A DNA stretch of 64,000 nt, taken from assembly GCF_009914755.1 (NCBI RefSeq), contig NC_060939.1. One strand, given 5' to 3'. Positions within the stretch are counted from its first letter, which is position 1; every line of letters begins with the position of its first letter. This DNA comes from the human T2T-CHM13v2.0 reference genome, Homo sapiens. Both the position numbers and the translations under genes were made by a program. Below are positions 1-12,128 of this stretch, piece after piece. Under the pieces are notes generated by a model. The model made no database searches and was not told the DNA's origin. It saw nothing but the letters and a program-made list of their open reading frames with translations.

Positions 1-202
1 TCAAGTGATTCTCCTGCCTCAGCCTCCTGAGTAGCTGGGATTACAGGCATGCGCCACCACCCCCAGCTAATTTTGTATTTTTAGTAGAGACAGGGTTTCT
101 CCATGTTGGTCAGGCTAGTCTCGAACTCCCGACCTCAGGTGATTCGCCCACCTCAGACTCCCAAAGTGCTGGGATTGCAGGTGTGAGCCACTGTGCCCTG
201 CC
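1..202 (-). mobile_element. Alu SINE (AluS-type), cut by the window edge
   Basis: Antisense Alu text: TCAAGTGATTCTCCTGCCTCAGCCTCC...TTTTGTATTTTTAGTAGAGAC...CCCAAAGTGCTGGGATT...GAGCCACTGTGCCCTGCC. Confidence 0.97.
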
Positions 203-1007
203 TGATATAATTTTTATAAAGAAGTTTTTGCCTATTGTCTGGGCATGGATGCTGGAACAGGAGATGGGATGCCAGAGGAGAGGTTAGTAAAACAGTCCTT
301 AAAATAATCTGGTGGCAGAGGTGAGAATGAGGAGGTGTTAGAGATACCAAGGTACAAATGTGAAGACTTGGCCTCTGATTAAACACAGGTTCTGGAGTAT
401 TAGAGACAGGGCAAACAGATGGTGGAGTTTTTAAGCCTCAGTGGGAAAACGAAGGTGCTGTTAGGATAAGCAGAAATATCATAATGAGTGGCAAATTCCA
501 AAAAGCTTACAAGAGGAAATACATAAAGAGAAAAGAAGTATACAAATGGAACATTGGGAAGAATTTATGTAATGCAGTGAAAGAAAGAAAGTAAAGCTAA
601 TGAAAAAGAGAAACCAGCAACCAGGGTATACAGTTAGGAAGGAAGAGAGAGTTCCTTGAAGAAAGCAGCAGGGTCAGTAGTGGCAGGGACCTCAGGGGTT
701 GAGAAGGATTGAGACAAAGCCTTTGGAAATGCTGTGATGAGTGCTGTTTTCACATCTTTGCCATTTTCTCTGAACATAGAGAAATTCTGTCTGTGCCTGT
801 GTATTTGTAGCCTCCAACACAGCGTACTGCCCATCAAAGGCGCTCAATGAATATTTCCTGAATGGAGAAAGGAAAACACAGACACGGGGCTGTTTAGGAG
901 AGCTGTAGGCATGGAAACAAAGGTGTTAAGAGGGAGTGCCTTCTGAGTCTTGCAGGTGTCCTCTGTCTTTCCAAATAGTTCTGGGGAGAAGGCAGTTCTG
1001 GGCTAGT

Positions 1008-1197
1008 GCAGTCCTTCCAGACCTTGAGCATGCATCAAAATCACCTGTGGGTTTGTTACGTGGCTTGCTGGGCCCCACCCCTAGAGTTTTCGATTTGTAA
1101 TAATAGGTCTGAAGTGAAGCCCCCGCATTTCCATTCAAACAGGTTCTTGGATGGTGCGGAGGCCACAGGTTCAGTGATCATGCTTTGAGAACCCCTA
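1008..1197. mobile_element. MER5A-like hAT-Charlie DNA transposon
   Basis: CAGT...CTTGAGCATGCATCAAAATCACCTG...GCTGGGCCCCACCCCTAGAGTTT...CTTTGAGAACCCCTAG resembles the MER5A consensus as I recall it. Confidence 0.8.
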
Positions 1198-1417
1198 GGC
1201 ATGTGAAAATATCCCTGTATATTCAGTTAGGAGACATAGTTTGAGTCCCAACTCCTTATTGGCTCTTTGCCTTGAGGTATTTCTCTCTGCCTATTTTCTC
1301 ATATGCAAGATGAGGGTCTTACCTAGAACATAGCACTGATAGGCGCGTTGAATGAAATCTCAGTACTTGTCTAAAACATGTTTATTGAACTAATTTTTTT
1401 TCTTTAAAAAAATTTTT

Positions 1418-1743
<326 letters not shown>

Positions 1744-1744
1744 T

Positions 1745-2110
1745 CAGCTTTACCGAGGTACAATTGACAAATAAAATGTATACAGTATATTAAAGGTGTA
1801 CAACAAGATGTTTGATATACATTGGGAAAGAGTCATCACAATCAAGCTAATTAATATGTCAGTCACCTTACATCGTTAACTTTTTTGTGTATCTGATGAG
1901 AACACTTAAGATCTGGTCTCAGCAAATTTCGAGTATACCATAGCTTCTTATTAGCTATGGTCACCATGCTGTACATTAGGTCTCCAGAATTTACTCATTT
2001 TATAGCTGTAACATTTACAGCTGACTAACATCTTCCCATTTTCTCCACCCTCCAGCTCCTGGTAACCACCATTCTACTTGGTTTCTATGAGTTCAACTTT
2101 TTTACATTCC
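1745..2110 (-). mobile_element. L1 3'-end fragment (L1MA-type)
   Basis: CAGCTTTACCGAGGTACAATTGACAAATAAAA...GGTCACCATGCTGTACATTAGGTCTCCAGAA...CCTGGTAACCACCATTCTAC...TTCTATGAGTTCAAC is typical antisense L1MA 3'UTR. Confidence 0.85.
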
Positions 2111-3111
2111 AATAAACATTTTTAAGAAGATAAAGATTGGTTGGAGCTTGAGAAAGTAACAGGAAGGAAAAAAATGTGTTTATTTTGCTTATTTAAGAAA
2201 TGCCAAGATGCATGGCAAATTCATGTTTGCTGGGCAAAAGATTTACTCTGAATTAATGGATCTCTGTGGAATAGCAGTTAATTTTAGAGCTGGCATGAGT
2301 CTTATGATTATCTGCATATCGGTCAGTCAGTTTGTCTGTGTGAACAGGACATACGAAGCCTAAAGGCAAGCTTTATCATCTTGCTTATACAAAGTTAACT
2401 ATAGCACTCAAACCCCACACATTCAGAATAAGAATAAAATAACGCACCCTTTGAATCATACATAGGTATGTAATTTGCTTCCAATAAAAATGGAGATGAG
2501 GTTGCAGCTAGATAACCATCAGCTTCGTCCAAGGTACAAAGGTTTAATTTTTTATGTTTGCATTTAGTCATTTTTATAGTACTGGCTTCTTGGCTCATTT
2601 CTGAATAAATCTAGGCAGCATTGAAACAAATGCCAAAGAAACAGGAAAAAAAACCCTCTCAGAATTTCCCGTTCATATTTATAGTGAGTTGACAGATATT
2701 GCATTTCCTTTATTTCAGGCCCTAATCAATTCATTGCTAAAAGGAAAAAAAGAGAAAGAAGAAAACAGATGAAGAGGAACAATTTGTATGGGGCTTCTGG
2801 TCATTACCCTTCTGTTATAACTCTCCTTAGTAGAACTAATTAGCATTACATTAATAAATATAAGAATAGAGGATATGGCAGCCAAAGCAGATGCTTATTG
2901 CAATTGCAGATACATTGCTGCCATTTGCTTGTTAAATTCAGCATCTTTAATTCTGCAATGTGGTGCTTTGAAGAGGATGAAAATTTCTCCTTATATGAAT
3001 CTTCCTTCTATGTGGTCAGGATGCAAGTCATAGGGTGAGGCAAAGTGGCCATGTCTGTCCAACTTCCTTTGTGTACAAGGTTAATGACTGTGTTTTGTGT
3101 CTATCCCTCAG

Positions 3112-3165
3112 GCATTATGAATCCAGATCCTTCACATTCTAATCTTGCTCGCCTCTTGGCTGTTG
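3112..3165 (+). other. Candidate internal exon (54 nt)
   Basis: Acceptor TGTTTTGTGTCTATCCCTCAG|G and donor TTG|GTGAGA; only one open frame (IMNPDPSHSNLARLLAV); no homology recognised. Confidence 0.3.
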
Positions 3166-3387
3166 GTGAGATGGTGGCCCCAACACTGACAAAAAGAACC
3201 AGCCTGTTCCATGATAGTTTCTGTGGAACTCAGCGTTGGTCACTTGTGTCACTGTACCAACAGGGACACCTGAATGGCTCTGTCATTAATAATGGAATGG
3301 AGAGCCAGAGTGCAAAACAGACTCCATAGGCTGACTCCCACACTTACGGGAGGGCAATTAAGGGCAATAAGTGCTAAGATGCAAGAG

Positions 3388-3515
3388 TGCTGTGCTTCTC
3401 AAAACATTAATCTTATGCAAAGAATCACCTGGGCATTGTGTTAAAAAGCAGATTGTGGCTCCACAAGCTCTCACAGATGCAGGTGCTGCTGGTCCATGAG
3501 CCACTCTTTGAGTTG
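3388..3515. mobile_element. MER5-like hAT DNA transposon, internally deleted
   Basis: GTGCTTCTCAAA...AGAATCACCTGGGCATTGTGTTAAAAAGCAGATT...GCTGCTGGTCCATGAGCCACTCTTTGAGT. Confidence 0.7.
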
Positions 3516-3540
3516 TCTTAATTCCTTTCCCTTCTCTCAC

Positions 3541-3587
3541 CTGAGCCAGAGGTGCATTTCAGCTTCTTCAATTTAACCTTCTGTCTT
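3541..3587 (-). other. Candidate exon (47 nt), or donor site of an LTR-initiated first exon
   Basis: Minus strand: acceptor CACTTTGTTCTTGTCACAG|AAG and donor CAG|GTGAGA. Confidence 0.3.
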
Positions 3588-3750
3588 CTGTGACAAGAAC
3601 AAAGTGAGCTCTGCTCAGATAGCTCGAGAGGACAACATAGCTATTTTTTTCCAAAGTCACAAATAAGTAAATAAATAATAGGTAAATTAGCAGGATTGCT
3701 AAAAGCCCCTTAATTTTTCCTTTCAAAATGTAGAGGTAAGTAAAAGCAAA

Positions 3751-4154
3751 TGAACCAGATTCTTGGATCTGTTCAAACCCGGAGAGCGCACCAACAGATA
3801 ACATGAGGAGGTGTGGAGCAACGTGCTATTTTAACGAGCGCCTGAGTGCAGGTGGGCTGAGGCCTAAAATGGCGTCAGCCTAGGTGAGGACAGGACAGAG
3901 GTTTTATAGCCTCCTGGAAACAGGAAGTGTCCTAGTCTGACATAACTGCTACTTGGTACCTGGAAGGCCTCTTTCTCCATCTTCAGGGGTGTCTGCCAGC
4001 CAGGGTAGGTGTCTTCCGTCCGGCTCTCTTCCTGCTTCTGCTATCTTGCTGACACACGCTGGTGACACAAGTGGCCTTGGGCCTTGGGACCAGGCCTGAG
4101 AAGGGAGGAGTTATTCATCTCCTTAAGCTTTCAAGTCCCTGGGAGAATCTTACA
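3751..4154 (-). mobile_element. Endogenous retrovirus solo LTR (LTR18-like assignment tentative)
   Basis: Minus strand starts TGTAAGATTCTCCC and ends ...TTCA; contains TATA-like CTATAAAACC (plus 3900-3909) and YY1-like AAAATGGCG; locally GC/CpG enriched; no clean TSD seen. Confidence 0.8.
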
Positions 4155-4219
4155 GTTTCCTCTTGTCACAGCTTCCTTAGGAGGAAGTAGGGGGAGACGT
4201 AGGTTTGGGGAGAAAAAAA

Positions 4220-4385
4220 AGTCATATTCATTGAGCACTCTTTGTGCTATGCTTAACAAACATTTCAATTTTTAATCTTAGCAACAGTCTTAAGGGGTCA
4301 GTAACAGCATAAGTCAAAGATAAAGGAACTCAGAGGGGCTGAGAGAGATTCAGAGAGATTGTGTGACTTGCCAAGAGTCAAGTTT
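4220..4385. mobile_element. MIR fragment
   Basis: ATTCATTGAGCACT...TTTAATCTTAGCAACAGTC...GTGACTTGCCAAGAGTCA (MIR core motifs). Confidence 0.6.
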
Positions 4386-4804
4386 ACTGGGAAGACCTAA
4401 AGCCCATATTCCTTTATTTCTAAAATACATGTTTCTGACTTACTAATTCTTTGAGACCTGTAGTTTGAGTTGAGGCCTGCTGGCATCTTTTATTTATCTC
4501 TTGCATCCTTTCTCATGAGATGTATGGGGCAGCCTGCTAATGGAACCTCCTGGAAGGATGAACACACTCCCTGATGGGAGGTGTGGTTCATGGGAGTTCC
4601 CAGGGAGATGCAGAAGAAGGCTGTTTAGGGTAGCTAGAGGGCCCAGTGGGTTCTCATAGCCAACCCCAGGTCCTGAATCTGTTCCTATCTGAATGGAGCC
4701 TAGAGCCTCTTTCTACTGCCTCTGCCTCCATCCCCTTTTGTTGATGGTTTCTTCCCTCTGTTCTCATTGGGTTCCCTGCTTCGTACTAGTTTTAAAAGTT
4801 AATT

Positions 4805-5359
<555 letters not shown>

Positions 5360-6689
5360 TGTTAATCATGTCCATTTGAATTACGTAGTTGCAACTCATG
5401 AGAAAGGAGGGGAGTTTTGTAGACCACTCTACTATTCAGGTTGTTCAGACCTTGCTTCTGGATGTCTCATCAAGATTCTCAGATTCTCTCACTTCCAACC
5501 TTACTACCATGACAATAACTAAATCTCATCATGTTTTTTTTTTTTTCTTTTTCACAAAGGCTTCCTTCTCTGTGAGCTCAAACTAACCCATGTAATTTTT
5601 AGGTGGTGTTGCCTATAAGTAAGGGCTTCTGAGCAGGTGTATTCATTGCCACTGCTCTTAAGATGCATGTGTAGTGTTAGGGATTTCTTCTGCCAGCGTA
5701 GTTTTGTTTTGGTTTGTTTTTGCAGTTAATTTGTAAAAAAGGTTTTGCTAATACTACTGCCTTTTTTGTTTCTTACCTTTCTTGTCATTATGGATAATTT
5801 TTGCTTCAAACTAACCATACTTGATTCACTTGCATAGTTCAATTATTAACCAAAAAGCCTACAAAAACACAAAAGCAATATTTGAAGACAAAATGGATGA
5901 GAACTTTGTAGACTTGATGAACATTGTGAAATGTAACATTAGGTAGACATAAGCCATTCTTTATATGATAAATAAAAATAAATCTACACTTAGACAAGTA
6001 GTAAGAATTCAGAACAATAAAGACAAAGAAAGTATCTTGAAAGCAACTACAGAGAAAACATAGATTATCTGACTACCATTTAATACTTACAAAAAAGTGG
6101 TGCAGCTCTGAAAAAAAATGCTGTGTTGTGTGATAATGAATGGATAGAACTTAGGTGAATGTTAGCTTTTATGGTTTCTTGCACACACGTTAATTATTAC
6201 CTATATCATTAAGACATATCAGATTAGTTTTGCTGTGTTTGGTTGCACCATGAATTTTTTTTATGTAATATGGTCACCTGCTGCTAAGTTAAAAAAATCT
6301 CTATCAACAGGACCTGTTTATGAAATGATATATATACTGTAACATTTGACATCATGGATCATCTTTTATGTACTTTGTTTACTGGGAAGTACTTAGAATG
6401 CTACATATATAGTGAACTCTCAGTAAATAAATACTGCTGAAAGAATATTAGAATCTTTGCTCCTTAGCAGAATTTTTATTTTAAATTTTGATGGTTCTTT
6501 ATATAGGTGTTTTCTAAGTGGAATGAATTAATCCCAAGGGAGTAAAAAAGATCATTCTCTGAAATATTTGGAAAAAAATGTTAGAACTTCTGTCTTACAT
6601 TTCAAACATATTTTAGGGGATGTTTCATACTATATGCTATCTTTGTACTGTATTATACACAGTAATATGTATAAATACAATATTTTATG

Positions 6690-6770
6690 TGTGTGTATAT
6701 ATATATAATGTATATATATATATAATGTATATATATAATGTATATATATATATAATGTATATATATATAA
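6690..6770. repeat. AT-rich micro/minisatellite, (TA)n interrupted by ATG
   Basis: Recurrent TATATATATAATG units. Confidence 0.9.
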
Positions 6771-6789
6771 CTTTATAAATAATCCACCA

Positions 6790-7600
6790 CACATAAAGTG
6801 AGGTGAATGCTCAAATGCTAATAGGCATGCACAATCAAAAGTGTTTGGAATGCAAATCAATATCAGTAGGAGATACCACTTCACACCCATTAAAATGGCT
6901 GAAATAAAAAGACAGAAAATAGCTAGTATTGGCAAGGACGTGGGGAAATTGGAGCCCTCATACTCTGATGGCGAGAATGTAACGTGGTGAAATCACTTTG
7001 GAAAACAGTGTGGCAATTCTTTAAATTGTTGAAAATAGAGTTACTATATGACCCAACTCTTCCATGGCTGGGTGTATATGCAAGAGAAGTGAAAACATAT
7101 GTCCACACAAGAATTTGTATGTAGGTATTTATAGCAGCGCTATTTATAACAGCCAACAAGTAGAAACAACCCCAAAGCCGGATAACTGATGAAAGAATAA
7201 ACACAATGTGGTATTTCCATAGGGTGGATTTGATGGAAAGGAATGAAGTACTGGTACATGCCACGACATGGATGAAGCTTAAAAACATTGCGCTAAGTGA
7301 AAGAAGCCCATCATGAAATACCACATAAAGCACAATTCTATTTATAGGAAATGCTCAGAACAGGAAAATCTATATAGAGAGAAAGTGGATTACTGGTTGC
7401 CTGGAGCTAGGGAAATGGAAAATGGGAAGTGTCTGCTAATGGATGTGGAGTTTCTTTTTGAGGTGATGAAAATTTTCTAAAATTAGATAGTGGTGAGGCC
7501 TGTACAACTCTGTGAATATCCTAAACAAACTTGTATACTCTAAGAGGGTGAATTTTATAATATGTAAATTATTTTTCAATAAAACCATCATAAAAAAGAA
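6790..7600 (+). mobile_element. L1 3' region (L1MB-type)
   Basis: ATGCAAATCAA...GATACCACTTCACACCCATTAAAATGGCT...TATGACCCA...ACATGGATGAAGCTTAAAAACATT...TTTTGAGGTGATGAAAATTTTCTAAAATTAGATAGTGGTGA...AATAAA. Confidence 0.9.
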
Positions 7601-8093
7601 AAATGTGCCAGGAAACCACTACTTTAGATAAATTCACACAAACTTGATGAAGCTAATATAACTGAAAAGACTCTGGCAATAAAAATGTTCCGTTTCATTT
7701 GCATTATGTTGCCGCATTTGTTTTATCTCTCTTTAAATAGCATAATCTCTAAAAGACATTTTTTTTCTTTAAATTATCTCTATAAGCATTGACTTAACAA
7801 GAGATGGCATGTTTCATTTTGTGTACCCTCATGGTGTCTAAAGGGAACGCCACTAGATGTATATTGAAAAATGAGGACATTCTGCATAAACAAAACTGAT
7901 AAAATTGTTTTATGAATTAGGAGAAAAGTAATTTTTATCAGATTTGTAATGATATATTCTCATTTAAGAGGCTGTGGAGAAGAGAAAAGAATGAGTGCTT
8001 CCTTCATATTTTCTTCTTTTAAGACTAAAAGAACTAGAGTTTACCCATAATTTCTTGTCTTGCCCTATTTTGGGTGGCAGGGGATATAATCAT

Positions 8094-8246
8094 TTCTTCT
8101 TTCTCCTCCTCCTCCCCCTCCCCCTCCTCCTCCTCCTCCTTCCCCTCCCCCTCCCCCTCCCCTCCTCCTCCTCCTCCTCCTCCTCCTACTCCTCTTACTC
8201 CTCCTCCTCCTTCTCTTGCCCCTCCTCTTATTCCTCTTCCTCCTCA
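8094..8246. repeat. Polypyrimidine (CCT)n/(CCCCT)n low-complexity tract
   Basis: About 150 nt of almost pure C/T; source of the poly-S/P/G/R ORFs. Confidence 0.95.
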
Positions 8247-9547
8247 TTGCTGTGTAATTATCAAGGGCAAAGTACTGTTGCCCTGAACTGCGATTCAGGT
8301 TGCTGTGGAGGTAACTTAGAGGAACAACTCACTGTTTTGGCTCTCTGTTTTGAAGGCTAATGTAACAGACTCAGCTCAACAAGTGATATTCCTGCCAGGC
8401 TGGACGTTTAAGGATCCTGATGTATTTGAGAGTTGTCTTGTGTTCTTACTCAAGGAAAAGTAGGTGTGCTGGGTCTAGCAGTAAATACAGCTTTTGTGGG
8501 GCCTTCATCTAATAACATTCGGGAGTTCCTCTATAAGAAAAAGATTACATATTACAAATATAAAAATAGTTACAAAAGTGAATATTTAGAGTGACAAAAG
8601 ATATCACCCATCACATAGGTCAACATGCTGCCACATTCCAACATGAGATTAAAAAACATAATTTATTTCAAGCATTGTGTCTCATTCCTCTCTCCTCTCA
8701 GTGCCAACTGCCAAAGGAGTTATCAATAGAACTCCTGGCCCTAACTTTTGTGTCCCAACATTGGGTGAGTCAGCACAGTTGGAGATAGGAGAGTTATTAG
8801 AAGCTCTAATGGTGGGATGGTAGCCATGATTTAATGACACATTGGATTCACTATGAACCATATAAGTGGGTACCACTCACCATGAACTAAATAGATCCCT
8901 AAATCATCTCCTCCTCAGTGTGATGATCAAAATGTCCAGGAACACTGCTTTACCATACCACATGAGGGGAAATATGATGGAGGGGACTGGAAAAGTGGCA
9001 GTATCGGAGAGGGGAGACAGCACAGTGTTAATTCATTGCTGCTAAAATACCCACTTCTACAAATTTTATAACAGTAGGGCCCTGGAAGGAGCCTGTTAGC
9101 AAGGGCCCATGAAACCTCACCTTCTTTAGTTTCTTAATAAATATATCTCCACTGATGCTCTGTTTCAGAGACATTTTATAGATGTCTAGTCAAAGAAGTC
9201 CATTTTCACCGTTTCATCTGGACAATTTTACAGGAGTAATGATTTCAGGACATTTTGAAACATTCCGATTTAAAACATACAGAGAAGACAGGAGAGGAGA
9301 AGAGGGGACATGAGAAAAGTATTATTTAATTCATCAAGATAGTTTTTTTTTTTCTGGAACATCTCCTACATTTAAAAAAAATTCCTATTAGGAAGACACA
9401 GAGTAAAACTTTTTCCCTTATGAAATACATTTTAAAACAAATTCATCACATCCTCACTGTAAGGAGATTATTAGATTACTGAATCATTGTGAGTCAGAAA
9501 TTTTTAATCTTATCATATTGGCTTACAGCTTTGCATGGAACCACCAG

Positions 9548-9549
<2 letters not shown>

Positions 9550-9612
<63 letters not shown>
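9550..9612. repeat. Perfect (TA)n microsatellite, about 31 units
   Basis: Uninterrupted AT dinucleotide run. Confidence 0.99.
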
Positions 9613-9616
<4 letters not shown>

Positions 9617-9929
9617 CATACATACAGAAAGGCAAGAGAAGATTACCTTCTTTAATACATTTAACTGAAACACTGTGACATCACCTATGATGACTCATAG
9701 GCACAATTCAATTGTTTCATCCATTCATTACATATTTATCAGTGCCAATTATATATAGGGCTCTTGCTGGACTTAAGGTGGATTTAGAGATTTATAAGAA
9801 CAGATCTCATCTTCAAGGAGTTCAGATTTCTTTTTAGGCACAACCAGGTATGTATACAAGTAACTATCATAGAAATGCTGGGTGACAAACAGACATAAAG
9901 AACTGTGAAAATTCTGAAGTATGGGAGCA

Positions 9930-10640
9930 CCATCCAATCATTTATTCGATGACAGAGGATGGACAAAATATATTTGGTACCTGCCCTCATAGAGTTTGTA
10001 ATCTAGTGAGGAAGATGCACATTACACAACACAGGACATACACAAATATGTAACCTATAAATTGTGATGTGTTAAGAAAAAATAGATGTAAGAGGCAATG
10101 AAACAGAGTCCTGATGAAGAGTGGAGGGTCATGAAAAGTGTGAGAATGTGGCATGTCAGGGAGAGCTAAGTGCTGAGGAGGAATGACCTGGATGAAGGAG
10201 GATAACGTGGATTGTTTCAGGCATAGAGAAACACAAATGAGAAAGGCACTAAGGAAGAAGATAGCTTGATGAGCTTGAAGAACAGATGAAGGTGAATGAG
10301 GCCGGGTTATAGTGAGTGAGGGTGGCAGAAGATAGTTCAGAGAGGAGGAAAAGAAGCTAAAGTGTCAAGGAACTTAAAGGCGTGTTAATGATTCTGTGCT
10401 ATGGGAATTCTTTGGAGCTACAAAAATATTATGTACAATATAAAGTATGGATTGGAAGCAGAAAGCAGTACTAGCAAAGGCTACTGGGGTCATCCCAGGG
10501 AAAGATGGTGGCTTGGAGTAGGACAAAAGCAATGAGGGTGGCAGGGGTGGTGGTGGTAAGAAGCACTCAGATTTTGCAGGTAGAATCAACAAGACTTGAT
10601 TATGGATTAAACAGGGAGAATGAAAGAGAAGGAACACACC
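9930..10640. mobile_element. L2 fragments
   Basis: CCTGCCCTCATAGAGTTTGTAATCTAGTGAGGAAGA...GATGGTGGCTTGGAGTAGG...GGTAGAATCAACAAGACTTG (L2 motifs). Confidence 0.7.
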
Positions 10641-11589
10641 AGACTGTTTGCTTTTATATTGTCATCTGAACTTTGTCATGAGACTGTAAGTTCTTTGAGG
10701 CAGTGGACATGCTTTCTGCCTGATCTGTGCTCTTTATAGCATCAAAGAGGGAGATGGTGTTTGGAAAATATTAATTTGCAATTTGTTTTCCCAGGTAGAA
10801 AATCTAGTTTCTCTATCCTTCTGCCCCTCAGGGCTCTCATGTTTTTTCCATCCCTGTGTATTTGCTTCCTGATAGGACCTCAGAGGAAGAACAGGAAAAA
10901 AAATCCTTTATACTTCATACTTCGGGACTACTTCTCATCTTCTTTCAACTTGGCACAGGCTAGAGACCCAGAACTGCTCCTGCCCTTTTGAAAAAAATCC
11001 TACAATGGTGGCCATCTTAAAGGTGCTATTCAAGATAGTAGCAGTTGGTAGCCCAGTCAAGTTAAAGAAATATTGCAATACAACAGTTGGTATCATTGTG
11101 TTTTGTGTAGTGACCAGATGGATGTGCCTTTAAAATGTCTTCATATGCCTTTTGAAATTTTCTATGAATACTTCAATGACAATGGTGTGGGATCTGGCTC
11201 TTTGTAATGATCTTCCAAGGAAGCGATGTGCTGCATTTTCACTTGCATCTGTATCACCTGGTCCATTTCAAGACCATGGGTGCCGCGTTCAGGCTGCCAT
11301 CATATTATCACTCTATCTTGTGGGGAAGCAGGTGTGGGTAGTGAGTGTTGAGGACCAAGCAGTTGCTCTGGTGGGGTCTTTGGACTTGGTGGATGGCCAC
11401 AGCTGAGGCAGCATTCTCCTTTATCTCCAAGACTCCTGTCAGCCCCACACTTTGTTCTTCACATGCAGCTTCAGTGTCTAAGTAATCCGAATAGAGAGCT
11501 TGCCTTAAGAGGAGGCCAGGAGGACTTAGTGGGGAGATGAGGAACTTCTGAGAGAAAGAGGAAAATGAAAGAAGAGGTAAACATAGGAC

Positions 11590-12128
11590 TGTATTAGTCT
11601 GCAATTGCTGAGTAACAAATCACTGCAAAACTCAGAGGCATAAAACACCATACATATTATCTCATAGTTTCTGTGGGTCTGAGTCTGAGTGTGGCTCAGT
11701 TGGGCCTCTGCTTTCAGGACCTTTCACAGGCTACCATCCATGTGTCAGCTCATCGTAGTTATTTCAGGTTTCAACTTGGTAGCAATCCACTTCCGAGTTC
11801 TCTCCGTGCTGGTAGACGGGATTCAGTTTCTTACTATCTGTCGGCTGGAGGCCACTCTGTTCCTTGCCAGGTGGGCCTTTTGCTTCAATGATGCTGCAGC
11901 TCACTTCATCCATCTAGGCAAGCGAGAAGGCAATAGAGTATGAGCAAGGTGGAAGTCAGTCTTCTGCTACTTAACCATAGAATTGACATCTCGCCACCTT
12001 TACTGTATTCTATTGGTTAGAAGCCAGTCACTAGTTCCAGTCCACACTCAAGAAGAGGCTGTTACACAGAGGCACAAATACAGGAGATAGAGATCACTGA
12101 GGGTCATCTTGGAAGTCTGCCTACCACA
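11590..12128 (-). mobile_element. MaLR solo LTR (MLT1F/G-like)
   Basis: TGTATTAGTC...TTGCTGAGTAACAAATCACT...CTCATAGTTTCTGTGGGTC...TATTCTATTGGTTAGAAGCCAGTCACTAG...CTGCCTACCACA; near-TSD AGGAC/ATGAC. Confidence 0.88.

Noticed and set aside
6630-7333. 101-aa and 136-aa minus-strand ORFs
   Set aside because: Antisense reading of an L1 3' region plus a TA repeat.
7995-8360. Overlapping ORFs rich in Ser/Pro/Gly/Arg
   Set aside because: They are translations of the (CCT)n low-complexity tract.
11160-11270. Peptide start MDQVIQ resembling the SEC61G N-terminus
   Set aside because: Similarity stops after about six residues; not enough to call a pseudogene.
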